This document shows positions 10,572-22,930 of a stretch of 31,303 nt of DNA, one piece after another. A program made the position numbers and the translations under genes. Source of the DNA: Trichinella spiralis. Lineage: Eukaryota. The notes beneath the pieces are model-generated. The model did no database searches, was not told where the DNA came from, and worked only from the letters and a program-made list of their open reading frames with translations. The stretch lies in the NCBI RefSeq assembly GCF_000181795.1, contig NW_003526945.1, positions 1,292,990-1,324,292 on the forward strand. The letters run 5' to 3'. The number at the start of each line of letters is the position of its first letter. The stretch's first letter is position 1.

Positions 10572-13192
10572 ATGTGGCGTTGCTGGCATTTGACTTTTGT
10601 TCTTCTCATTCTGATAGTCTACGGAAGACCTGGAAATACTCAAATGCGACTATGCGGAAACAAGCTGATGAACGTGTTGAAGCGACTCTGCGATCACCAA
10701 TACGCCACACCTGCATCAAGTAAGAAAATTGATGATCCATTCGGCGAAATTTAGGGCCACATTTGTGAATTTAAATTCTATATATAGAGAAAGAAAAATT
10801 GCACATCAGTGCACAATTTACGAGCGCAGAACAATCATAACTCAAGTTTGACTTTTTCTTTTTTTAAAGTGCAATTTTGAGATGCAAGATATGTTTGGAA
10901 CTTTTGTTTTGTCAGACTGACGCGGCAGGTGCCCCTTGAAAAATAATAGCTGCATTGAAATTGCCATTCAGAGGCGTCGTTGAGCTGGAAAGCTTTCCGC
11001 AATTTTCTAACATTCGGCAGTTAAAAAAGAAGCTAATCACCCAATTTTGTTTCGAAAGCAAATTTTTCCTATTCTTCATCTTCATTAAACAGAAGAGGAG
11101 GGGCACATTTGGAAAACCGTTTCTTTGTTATTTAAAAGTTTTTCTTCTTTTGTATTTTCTTACAAAGCGGAATTATCGTCCGTTTTGGTTGAGGAGTGAA
11201 AATTATCTGGATGTAATTGGGAGCTCTCTCACAAATGCTAATGATAGTAAAAAACAAGCGAACACACAGACATGTGAGGGGGAGGGGGGTAATTGATAAT
11301 TGTGATAGTTAGCATGATCATTTCTGCAAATAACAAATCTGAAACTGATGCAGCCGTTTGCGAACTTTTATGTATTGTATTGTCATTGTGCGAAATTGGG
11401 AAACATTTCCAAAAATTCACAACCATAATTGGAGCAATAGTAACAATTCAGTTTTACTCGATTATGCCAATTTCCAATTTGCCATTCATCTTATTGAAAG
11501 ACAATCTATCAGTATTCACCATTTCCAAATGCATTCGGTGATACAATTTTTTCTTTTTTTTTCATTCTAATTTTAAACTCAAACAATAATTCTATTAAAT
11601 CAATCAATTGATCATAATATTTTTCCATTCCATCACATGAACGACGTCAATTGCCAATGCAAAAGCTGTGTCAAACAAAAAGAATGGAAAATAGAAAATG
11701 GAGAGGCAGAATATTCTTTTGCACAGTGGTAAAAAAATTTTGTTTAGATTAAGTTGGATTTTTGAGCATCATAGGAGTTTACTTGTTTCATGCTAATTGT
11801 ACAGGAAGTTAAGTGGAGTTTTATGCAACTTTTCCTTCTTCTTCTTCTTCTTCTTCTTCTTTGCAATTAAGAATTCTTTTGATGCTTGTTGGTGAAAAGA
11901 GTTTTGACAATTTGCTGTGAATCTCAACTTGACAAATTATGCAAAATTCTTCAGTTCATTGTAAAGAAGAATACATTAGAACTTTGAATTTAAATCTCGA
12001 CGAGTGGATGGATAAATTTTCTTTATTTTTGAAGTAATTTCTACAATTTCAATTAAGATAAAGAAGAATCTTTTTCTCTTTCTCTCTCTCTCTCTCTCGT
12101 ACGCGTATAACACGATAAAAATATAAATAAATAAATAAATATATATATATATATATATATAGCAGTAATTTCTTGTTGCTCATCAACAAGATCTCTATCT
12201 TTTCTTTAAATAGATTTCTTAATATAGCAACAACTAATGCTTGTCATTTTGTTCAAGGACTCAGTCAAGTTTTGATGTTAATCACCGTTGAAATTGGTTT
12301 CAGTTCAATAATAAAATTTGAATACTGCCTGCCGTCAGTGCAGTTGCGCTTTAATGGCTTTGTTGATGCTTTTTTCCATCTGCAACATTTTAAAATCAGC
12401 TGCTCTTCTTTGGTGAACGTTTATCGCTGTTTTGCAATCTTCAAAATGGCAAAGCCAATGCACCAGTTTCTACTTTTGTCAACGCGACGCTAAAAATAAA
12501 GCCGAATGCTTTCAGCGAAAGCAGACGATGGATCGATCGATCGCCATATTCAGCCTCTCTGGACGACAAATTACTGATGTCATCTTTATATCATATATAA
12601 TGGGCTAGCCAGCTTCTTCGGGATTCATTTGCTCTGCTGTCTAGCAGTATTTTCACTTTTGGGAAAATTAATCACCGACCATTTTTCAGTGTGAAAGAAT
12701 TCAACTGCTAAAAGGGGGTGTTTTTATTTGCAAAATTTCCAATAGCTCTAGCTCGTCATTAAATTTCATTTGAAAAAATATCAACAACGAAATAAAGATG
12801 TTTTTTTGAAAGTAAAAATTATCTCTGTAAATTATAGCACATTAGGGGGAACATTGCAAGCTAACAATGTTTTTTTATGAGCACATCCATCGCTTGATAA
12901 AACATAAAAATGAATAATTTTTCGATCACTGATTGTTTCAGTTTGGTGAAAATTGAAATTTTTAGGATCCTGGCGTGCCGATTCGGACCATTTGGTCACT
13001 CAGACTCGTTCTGGAATCGTGCAAGAGTGTTGTCTGAAACAGTGCAGCTATACCTATTTGCTGTCCTTCTGCGATGCCCAGATGTCAGCTGACGGCCAAC
13101 AGAACACCATTACTAATGAAGTGAGCGTTGAGAAAATTGCAGAAGCTACAGGCGTTCGACACAATCCTCTGTCGTCTGTCAAAAAACTCTAA
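10572..13192 (+). CDS. Insulin/IGF-like peptide precursor, 124 aa, two exons (10572-10719, 12966-13192)
   Basis: Signal peptide, B chain RLCGNKLMNVLKRLC (C-x11-C), phase-1 intron gtaag...ttttag, A chain GIVQECCLKQCSYTYLLSFC (CC-x3-C-x8-C), then a 39-aa C-terminal extension. Confidence 0.93.
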
Positions 13193-13289
13193 TCCAATTA
13201 ATCTATTTCATGGACCGTCATCAACGGCCAAACTTATTTTCTGCATACCCGGTAATTATATATACACATACGCATACATACACGCACAC

Positions 13290-13321
<32 letters not shown>

Positions 13322-15048
13322 GTATATAAGTATGAAAGACACCTCAGCGCTTCAATGGTTCAGAAATATTTGAATTTCTAGTTCGACGCGATATATTATT
13401 TCGATTATTCATTTATTTATTTATTTATTCCAATCCTTTATTTATAAGCATATCTACAATACATCCGTATATGAATGACACGAATTTGGCTATGCAAAAG
13501 ACCAGGAAACAAGCAATATTTATTTGCATTGGAATGCATGCATGGAAACGATCGTTGCTTCTGCTTTTTACATAGTTATTTTTATTTATATTTGGCATCT
13601 GGGCTTGAAATAAAGGTTTTAGAAACAAAAAAAAGACGATAATTACTCTGAAACAGCACCTTGTTCGTTTTGCAATTTCGCAGTGCCAACTGCAAACATC
13701 GAAACAACGAATCACCAATCATTCCTCTTTTCTTGTAAAAAACTTCATATGAATAAATAAATAAATGTATTAAAAACAAACCAGAATTGTTTTGTTTTCT
13801 TGCTTTTGTCATAGCTGTACAATATTATACTTGAATTTTTTGAGAAAACTGTTTACTGATATAATATTTACGGGTAACAGATAAATACAATCTATCTGTC
13901 CATCAGTCTATCATCTACCTATCTGTTTGCATCGTTGAAAGTTGATCTTAGCAATCAGAAAATACTACGTAAAATTTCTGTAAAATATTTAAAAAACAAT
14001 TCTTTTTTTTCTCTTAAATTTTACATGATAATACTATAAAATATACTACACTAAAATGATATTACTAAAATACTGATAATAGACATCATTTATCAATATT
14101 TAAAATGAACCAAATCGAAAGAAAAAGTAAATCGTAAAAAAACCACAAGTATTAATTTTTTATTATTTAAATAATAAAAAGCTACTTTTGTACAATAGAA
14201 ATGCAAATCAATTGACTCAGGTTTATAACTTCTGTAATTTGTAGAACAATGACTTTCAGACTAATCGTTATTAGTAGAATTTTAAAAAATATTTTTTTAT
14301 TTTAAGGAAAACAGCTTGAAATTAATTTTTATAAAAAGTATTTTTCAAAAAGTCTAAAATATTGTAATATGACTGTCAAGTGTAACAAAATATTGACGTA
14401 TAATACAGTACAAGTATTTGGTAATCATTTGTTGTAGTATTAATATTTTAATACTTTTTTCTCTAATATAATAATGGTGATAATTTTTTTTATTTTAATA
14501 ATTGCTTATTCTTGTCATCATGTTTCCTTTGAATACATTTAGGTTTCTATACTGGCAGAAGTGTTTACAGTTGTGGACTTATCGCCAAATTGTTTGCTCA
14601 CTGTATAGCATATTGTTGACTGTGTATTTTGAATTTCATGTTTATCACAATCTAAACTTTTTTCAAAAAATGCTTTGCAATTGTTACAGTATTAATGATT
14701 CAGTGCATAAAACTGTTGCAATTTCCTTTTGGTTGTAGTGTGATTTTAATAGGTTAAAAATATTTGTATAAACTTGCAAATCTTAAGTAAATACAGTGAT
14801 ACTTGCTTTAGTTTTTGCATGGTATTATTTGCATTTTACTACTGCGTGTGCAATTTTGAAATTGATTTCAACGCTTTTCTGTTAGATTCAGTTTTTAACT
14901 GCCTTACAACTGTGTAAACTTTAATGCTAGTTTTTGTACAAGCTGAACTAATGTACAGCGTATGCGTGCAATGACTTTGAACATTTTTATTAATTTTTGA
15001 TTGGATAATCTATTATGAATGTTTTTTAGCAATTAGTGAAGTTGTGAA

Positions 15049-17337
15049 ATGAGCGGAGGTAAGCATTTTAAATGGGCGTTATAACAATTTTGTAATACGA
15101 TGCTATTTAATGGATTATGGATTTTAGTTGAGGTACCCAGGAATTTTCGTTTGCTTGAAGAACTGGAAGAAGGGCAGAAAGGTAAAGGTGATGGTACCAT
15201 CTCTTGGGGTTTATATGATGATGAAGATATGACGCTGTCTCTTTGGAGATGTGTTATTATTGGGCCACCAAGGGTGAGTTCGTTTTTTTCAACAACGTAA
15301 ATAAATGTTTAAATTGAACTTCATACTGTATGTTCATTTCATTAAATGAAATGAAATGAAATGAAATGAATTCTCTTATCCGTTTACTTATGCAGTATAA
15401 TCAGGTTGCCACTGATTAAGTAGTGACGAGTAATAGCGATACTTCTTTCATATTTTTCATCACTGAAATGTAAATTAGAAAGCAGAATGTATGATGGCAA
15501 AATTGAATGAACTTTTCAGTTTGATTAATTTTCCATTTTATGTGATTTAAATTTTTTAAATAATTTATTCTTTCTTTTATACTGATACTGGAAAAGCTTT
15601 ATAAAACAACTTTACAGAAGTTTGTCAATTGATTGTCTCAATTCTTGACAAGACACAAATGCTCTTATCATTTATTTCTTCTCGATAGTGCTGTAAATGA
15701 CAGAACTGTTGTATTTACATGTTTTGCTGTGCCTAATATGTTGTTTCTCTCTTTTTTGTGAATTCATCAATAAAACGGAGATCAGTTAATCTCAACTGAA
15801 ATATATGAATATAGTGAAGTATTTTTTGATTAGTGTTAACTGTGAACAGAAAGAAATTCTTCTACTAATAATTTTGCACGTTGAATAGCTGCAGTTGTTT
15901 ATCTTTTCTCAGTTAATCTATAACTAGCATCATGTTAGCAGTTTCAAAGACGCGTTATCATTGTTGATATTCTTCATCACGCATTGAACAAATGGAAATC
16001 AATTGGATGAATACATTTTTGCAAACATCTAATAGCCACTTCTGATGTGCGTAGGCTTTAGTTTGCCGTTTTTGTGAAAGCATTTCTTTCATTCATTTCA
16101 AATGCTATTTTCATCCGTGACGTACAATTTTACATTAATTTTCTCCAAATTCAATCTTATGATTATGTTTGTTATGCATCTTTTGATCGTTATGTTGTAA
16201 AGTTTTCCTTGACAATAATTATTTTTGTAGAAAAAATGCGGAAAATATTCTTGTTTGTTTTATTTTTGAAGAACTTTCATCGGTACACTTTAATTTTATT
16301 CTGTATTCTTCACGAAGAATTTTGCAATTGTATCGTCCATGGGAGACTTGGCAAAGCATTTTTCCCGTCGAAAATGAAGCGAAATTATAATATGCATAAA
16401 CTGTGTTGTACATTACTAATTGAGAATGATAAACGTTTTACGTTTCGAACATTGAATATTGTCAATTTTCAACCGTTTTTGTGTACCATTTTACGGTATA
16501 TGTATAAAAGATGTTCAGGTTGATATTGTTATTTTACCATTGTACGTGTCTGAGGTTTTATTGTACTTTGAAGTTTTGATGATAATTTTATAACATTTTT
16601 AAATAGATAAAATTTTAATCATCCATTTTAATGTAAATTTTATTGTGATATATGCTAGTCTTTTTTAAATATATTTCTTCATCAAATGTTATGATAGTTT
16701 GCTTTTTATTAATGTCATATTATCATGCAAGTTGATTTTTTTTCAAAGAGCTAGTATTGATTGACAAACGTTGGTACTATTTTAATGCAGATCAATCAAT
16801 AGCCAAATTGTCACTAGCATGATAAATTTGAAACGATTTGTGACACCGGTTGATGCGCCTAAACACAATGTTATTTTTTCTGTGATGTCATGTTTCAAAA
16901 AATAGTGTACTATTTTATGAATATTGATTTGAATGTTATTGTTTTTATGTATGTGAAAATTAGACCCCGTACGAGAATCGTGTTTACAATTTGGCTATTG
17001 AATGCGGCGAAGATTATCCAAATGATCCTCCGGTTGTGCGTTTTATTTCGAAAATTAACTTAAGCGGCATTAATTCAACTACTGGCTTGGTAAATTGGCG
17101 CACGATTGTTATGCGCATTAATTTCAATACGATTAATTAGTCAATTAATAATAATAATAATAATAATAATAACGATGATTGTTGTGGTTTTAGGTAGATC
17201 GCAGTTCTGTTTCGGTGTTGTCGAGATGGCAGAAAAATCATACGATTCGTCACGTTCTTGAAGATATTCAAAAAATTATGACTGCCAAAGAAAATCAGCG
17301 TCTTCAGCAGCCACCGGAAGGTTCTTGTTACAACTGA
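15049..17337 (+). CDS. UBE2V: Ubiquitin-conjugating enzyme E2 variant (UEV1/MMS2), 141 aa
   Basis: Exons 15049-15058, 15128-15273, 16964-17089, 17194-17337. Sequence [32 protein letters not shown]...[14 protein letters not shown]...[16 protein letters not shown]...[11 protein letters not shown], with no E2 catalytic Cys, as expected for a UEV. Confidence 0.96.
15344..15370. repeat. (AAATG)n pentanucleotide repeat in UBE2V intron 2
   Basis: About five copies of aaatg. Confidence 0.85.
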
Positions 17338-18170
17338 ATTGTCCAATTTTGCAATGAATTTTAGTTTCTTTATTGGATTGGCGACATTTTCCCCATAACT
17401 TTGGACCTTATCTTTGGATGATAATTGAAAAAATGTTTTTTTTTTTTAATTTTTTAAATTTATTCATTTTTTATTTCATTTGGTGTTCAAAATGTAAGTG
17501 CTGGATGAATGGTTGGTATTAACTTCTCCATGCAAATTCACTCATATTGTGATCTATAGAGCTTTATTTGCGATGACTTGATCGTACATTTTATTTTTTC
17601 GTTTCTTTTTATGTTTTTTCTTTTTAATAAATTTAGATTTGTGTTATTGAATTTTTGCATACATTTGGCAATTTTTCAATTTTGAAAATATGAACACTTT
17701 ATCTCGTTCTAGTGCTATGCATTTTGGTAATACTGGTGAATTAAAAAAAAATCCAATTGGAAATTGAATTAAATGTAATGTTGCACAAGATGGAAATGTT
17801 TGCCAACTGGCCGACTTGGTAAGATATGATTGTTCGAGGTGCTTTTCTGTCTGCTGTAGATGAAGAAGCAAATTGAAAAGCACCGCAATGATCAGTTTGT
17901 CCGATTTGGGAAAATAATTTCCAAGTAATAATTCCTTGACAGAAACAATTGGCAAACAAGACGATTTACTTACATGAAAATTTATAATTGGCAAATATAT
18001 TTAAAAAGAAAAATAACGCAGGTGACTATTTATTATGAATGAAGAGTTATTAATTTTTTATTTTGTTTTTTTTTATTTCATAGACAAATAGAAGAAAGTA
18101 AGAATGAACAAAATGATGAATGAATGGGATAAATAGACAGAGATAAATAAATGAATAAAATTGAAAAATA

Positions 18171-18749
18171 TCAACTTGGCCCGTCAGTAGTGTTGACTTC
18201 AGGAAGGGATTGATGATGAACAATATCCTGAATTTGCATCATAACTTCGCTGTGCTTTTTCTCCGCAGTCATGTAGCGCTTCAACAGCAGAAGCACATAG
18301 ATGCTATATATGGTAATGCCCATGGCTCCGGCGGCGAAAAAGAACGCCATCACAATTGAGAACATGCTTTCTGAATAGATGTCTTCTTCGTCGTTGTTGC
18401 TCTTGTGACGCAGTTGACGAGCCAAGAAGATGCTTATGATGAGGAACAGCATCAAAATGAACACAATACCCTGCACGAAGACGTACAGGCTCAGTCGATC
18501 CAAATGTCGACGACGGATGTCGTAAATGAGAACCAACTGTCCGAAACTCCAAATTAGCGCCACACCGGCGGCAATGGCGTACAATATCCGAGTCGAATGG
18601 AAAGTGATCTCATTCACCGACATCGGTATCAAAACTGTACTGATCACAGCTGCAACGAGTAGCTCAACCAGAGCTATTGTATAAGCGGCCGAGGTGACGT
18701 GGCAACAGCAAACTTGCCATTTCGAACTTGTAGGATCGAATTGCTTCAT
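18171..18749 (-). CDS. Four-transmembrane LAPTM/Mtp-like membrane protein, intronless, ~192 aa
   Basis: First ATG at 18749 (the ORF is open to 18800). An N-terminal CCCHV motif, as in LAPTM4-type proteins, is followed by four hydrophobic segments. The family assignment rests on that motif alone. Confidence 0.7.
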   Translation of the reverse strand: MKQFDPTSSKWQVCCCHVTSAAYTIALVELLVAAVISTVLIPMSVNEITFHSTRILYAIAAGVALIWSFGQLVLIYDIRRRHLDRLSLYVFVQGIVFILMLFLIISIFLARQLRHKSNNDEEDIYSESMFSIVMAFFFAAGAMGITIYSIYVLLLLKRYMTAEKKHSEVMMQIQDIVHHQSLPEVNTTDGPS

Positions 18750-19099
18750 TTCTGTTTCTTTTATGATTTTGTTATTCTTATTCTTATTTTCTGATTTCAA
18801 TATACTAATATTTGTAGGTTATTTGGGAAATTGTTTTAATTGTTCGTTTGGTATGTTGGTCGAAATGATTCTTCTTCCTTCAACTCGACGGTTTGGTTCA
18901 ATGTGAAAAGCAGAAAACGCTTGCTCGCATGCTCGCTTGTTTGATCGTCAATTTTGGCGCCGTTTCTTCATCCTTTTAAAAATGAAATCAAATTTAATAA
19001 TCAACAATGAAATGAAATAATCGATAAAGCCAATAAAAATTATTTCCTCTGAAAAAAAAGTGGTTCGATATTGTCTATAGTGTGCATGTTGCTTGCCTT

Positions 19100-19288
19100 C
19101 TACTACAACAATAGCAACAACAACAACAACAACAACTACTACTACTACTACTACTACTACTATTACTACTACTGCTACTACTATTACTACTACTGCTACA
19201 CTACTATGACTACTTATGCTACTGGTGGTGGTGGTGGTGGTGGTGGTGGTGCTGCTGCTGCTGCTGCGGTTGCTGTTGCTGCTGCTGA
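19100..19288. repeat. Compound trinucleotide microsatellite (CAA)n(CTA)n...(GGT)n(GCT)n
   Basis: Seen directly. It produces the spurious poly-N/Y/G/A ORF 19071-19298. Confidence 0.92.
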
Positions 19289-20991
19289 TACTCTCTAGTT
19301 TTTCTTTTTCAACCTCAACTTCAACTTGTTCATACTGCTGTTAATTCTTTTATAATTAATTAAGAACAGAACAGGCGGAACATGGCAACATGAACTGACA
19401 ACGGCCTTACTTTTATATTTAGCAATTGAAGACACAAGCTTTGACAAACATCATTCTCAACATGCTTTTTCAAGCGAATGCAATTTAGAGTTACGTTCGA
19501 TTATCGGCTCGCTTGCAAAATGCACAAACACTTTGTGCACCAACTCTGAGCAAAAGATCAAGCCATACATGCTCAGAATTTCCAAAACAGCCATCCAATG
19601 AAATACATTTGATAACAACTCATCATTTCAATATTTATCATGTGTATACGCACACATACATACATACATACATACATATACATTTATACATATACATACA
19701 TACGTATCTACATGTTGTGTTAATGTCAACGTCAATTTTCAGTTCAAGTTGCAGCAATTTCCCTTGCTGCAAGTTGTTCGTTTGAAAAATGCGCACAAGT
19801 GCAAATTGCATTTGACATAATGTAATTTGAGTAATCAACAAATCATAAACTTTAAAAAGGATATTTTGATATTCGATTAAAATTGAAGTTTATTATTGTT
19901 TTTTTACATATTGTAATACATATGTATATGTAATACATTTTATACATATTGTAATACAAACGATAGAATCAGAAATATAAGAAAAAACTATTAGATGAAC
20001 TATTCTAAAAATGTTCACTGGCAAAATATTTTCTTTTTTTATGCTAAAATTTTATTTTTTAGGTTGTTTTGAAATGTTCATGCATTAATAACAAAATATA
20101 ACTAAAAATATTCGTTCTTTTTTTCTTTTTTTTCATTGGTATGTGTCATCAGCTTTTCTTTGTTAAATATTGCAATTTGAATTTGTTATCGAAGAAAAAA
20201 CATTATTATTTATCATTATAATTTAAGTCAATTTTAAAATAACTTTTTTCCTCGTTTATTCATCATGACAATGAGTTGTTGTCAATTGTCATTGTGAAAG
20301 ATGATAATCACGAGATTGAAATGGAAATTTGTTTGTTTGTTTGTTTGTTTACATGCTTGCTTGTTGGTTAGATTTTTTCTTTATTTTTCATTTTTATCGT
20401 TCGTATAAATTTATCATTGCAAAGATTGAGTTCCACTTTGTGGAGTTGTTCTTATCAAACGTATAATATATCTTTCTCTCTCTCTCTCAAACTCTCTCTC
20501 TCTCTCTCTCTTCTCATTCACTTCTAGATGTTATTCATTGTCAAGATGAAAAATGAACACGCACACAACGCATCCAAGCTAGAACTTGTACACTAGGACG
20601 TATAGAAATAGGCAAATTGAATTGCTCATTAATTTGAACAAAAAAAAGAAACAACTTCATCACACATGATATTTCTCATCAGTGGAAATGCTGCTACTAC
20701 TTTCAAACTTGCATATGTCAAATGGGTGGAGTTGAATGCTTTAAGCAGGTGTCCAATCGAAAACTTGAATCGAAAGATCAAAAGATATCATCCACAAATT
20801 TGCCTGAACATAAATATAATCAAAATAACAATTTATTTAAGAATTTTTGAATTAAAAAATTTTATTTAAAAATTATCACTTTTTTTTCTTAATCTAAAAC
20901 ATTACAAATGAAATTCATCGAAAAGCAATGTGCAACAGTACAGTTATGTACAATTAACCTGAATTACTTTTTATACAGTCTGTAAAAAGTG

Positions 20992-21987
20992 ATGCATTTT
21001 TTTCGACTTGTTGCAACGAGAAATCATGCAAATATTTGTGCAATATTTCGAATCAGTTGGCCATATTTGAAACTAATTAATATAAGAAAAAATTGCACAC
21101 TGAAGAGCAATGCAAGCAATTTTTATTTTCACGATCTCCTGCAATGGACGGATGAATCTCAGTCGAATATTCGGGATAATTTGTTATTTTTGCCGAATTT
21201 TATCAACGAACACGAAGAGCAGCTTCTAATTGACGAAGTGCAGAGGCGATTGAAAACCATGCGTTATGAAAATGCACATTGGGATGATGTAAATCGACTG
21301 ACTAATTTTGGTGCATGAAAATTTGTTTCGATTCATTTCGTGTAGGCGATTGTAAATTATCGTGAAATTGAAAAAAGTACATGGGAAAATGAGAATGCGA
21401 AAATAATAGAAAAAATACGTCGTACGGCATTCACTGCCGATGCTGATCATCAAGAAAGAGTTCACGTTTTGGATCTTGAAAAAACTGGCTGGATAAAGCC
21501 TCATGTTGACAGTATTCGAGTATTATTTTCTTTAATTTATGGATTTTTGAAATGGCAAAAATGTTTTGTTGAAATGAAAGATTTTATTATATTGCATAAA
21601 TTTATAGATTGTAAATTCTTTGTTTGTTTAATGATGTTTTTTTTTCAGTATTGTGGTGACGTTGTTGCTGGCTTGTGTCTTTTGTCGGATGCGGTGATGC
21701 GATTTCGTAATGTTGAAAACAATAATCAAATTGTTGACTTGTTAGTGGAACGTCGGGGTCTCTACATTATGCGGTTTGTTTAGCTTATTTGCGCAACGCG
21801 CGAGTGCTTCAAATGGGTAATGATCGTTTCGGTGTTTATTTTGTTTTTCAGCGGCTTTGCTAGGTATGAATTCACGCATGAAATACTGAAGAACGATGAG
21901 TCTTCGTTTGCCGGTAGGTCCGTGCTCAGGGATCGACGCATTTCAATTATTTGCCGAACTTATCCTAGTCTCGCCGTCAAATGCTGA
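20992..21987 (+). CDS. ALKBH7: AlkB homolog 7, mitochondrial Fe(II)/2OG dioxygenase, 243 aa
   Basis: Exons 20992-21288, 21346-21519, 21649-21773, 21852-21987. Motifs YENAHWDDAIVNYRE, VHVLDL..GWIKPHVDS, YCGDVVAGLCLLSDAVMR, ARYEFTHEI, RDRRISIICR. The basic N-terminus resembles a mitochondrial transit peptide. Confidence 0.95.
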
Positions 21988-22551
21988 TATTTGTTTGCTG
22001 ATGACGAATAGCGTTGCTAAATTTGCATTCCGATAGCATGATGGCTAGGCAATTCGTTTTCCATCCCTATTTACTGAACAGCGCTAGTAGCTACAACAGT
22101 TGCTTTCTTTTTATGTTTTTTCAAACTGAATTCTAAGTGATTATTTGCAAACGAATAATGTTAACAATTGATCATGTTGCACTGTTTCAAACAGAGCATC
22201 TTGTTGTATTAGTAATTTATTTCAAGATTTTCAGCAGAAGCATCGGAAATAAGACAGAAAAAACACCGATAAATGTAAAGCATGTATTGTTGTTTTGCAC
22301 ATGATGAAAACAGTAAAAAGACAAGGACGAACAATTGCACTGTCTTCTTACAGTACAGTAATAGTTTATACTTCATTTTCGGTTACTGTAGCATAGTGAA
22401 AGTGCACAAAACGGTGCGTTGGGTTGTGTTGTCGTTGACCGCCGATGTCGAATTGACGTGTGTTCGATGTTGAAAATTGTACAATATAATATTGATTGTT
22501 CAACTGTTCAACTGCGACTGGTGAATTGCAAGTTTGAAAGCTGCCACGGCG

Positions 22552-22560
22552 TTCTTTCAG
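22552..22560 (+). promoter_or_regulatory. Probable trans-splice acceptor immediately before the EFL1 ATG
   Basis: TTCTTTCAG ends 4 nt before the ATG at 22565. Confidence 0.55.
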
Positions 22561-22564
22561 CCGA

Positions 22565-22898
22565 ATGGATGTAAGAAATCGGCGAGAATTTGTAAAGCAG
22601 ATTTTGAAAATTCAGTCAACTCCCGAATTTGTGCGCAACGTGTGTCTCATGGCGCATGTTGATCATGGCAAAACGACACTGGCCGATTCGTTGATATCCG
22701 CCAACGGGATCATATCGCAAAAGATGATCGGCACGTTGAGATACATGGACAGCCTTGCGGAAGAGCAACAGCGAGGAATTACGATGAAGTCGAGTTCGAT
22801 ATCGTTGTTGTACAGAAACGGATGTATGCTCAGATAAGAGAATTATCTATATAAATAAATAAATAAATAAATATAAATATAAATAAATAAATAAATAA

Positions 22899-22930
<32 letters not shown>

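Noticed and set aside
16074..16523. 149-codon intronic ORF
   Set aside because: AT-rich F/I/L/K composition, non-ATG start and no recognisable motif.
19071..19298. Poly-N/Y/G/A ORF
   Set aside because: It is a translation of a microsatellite.
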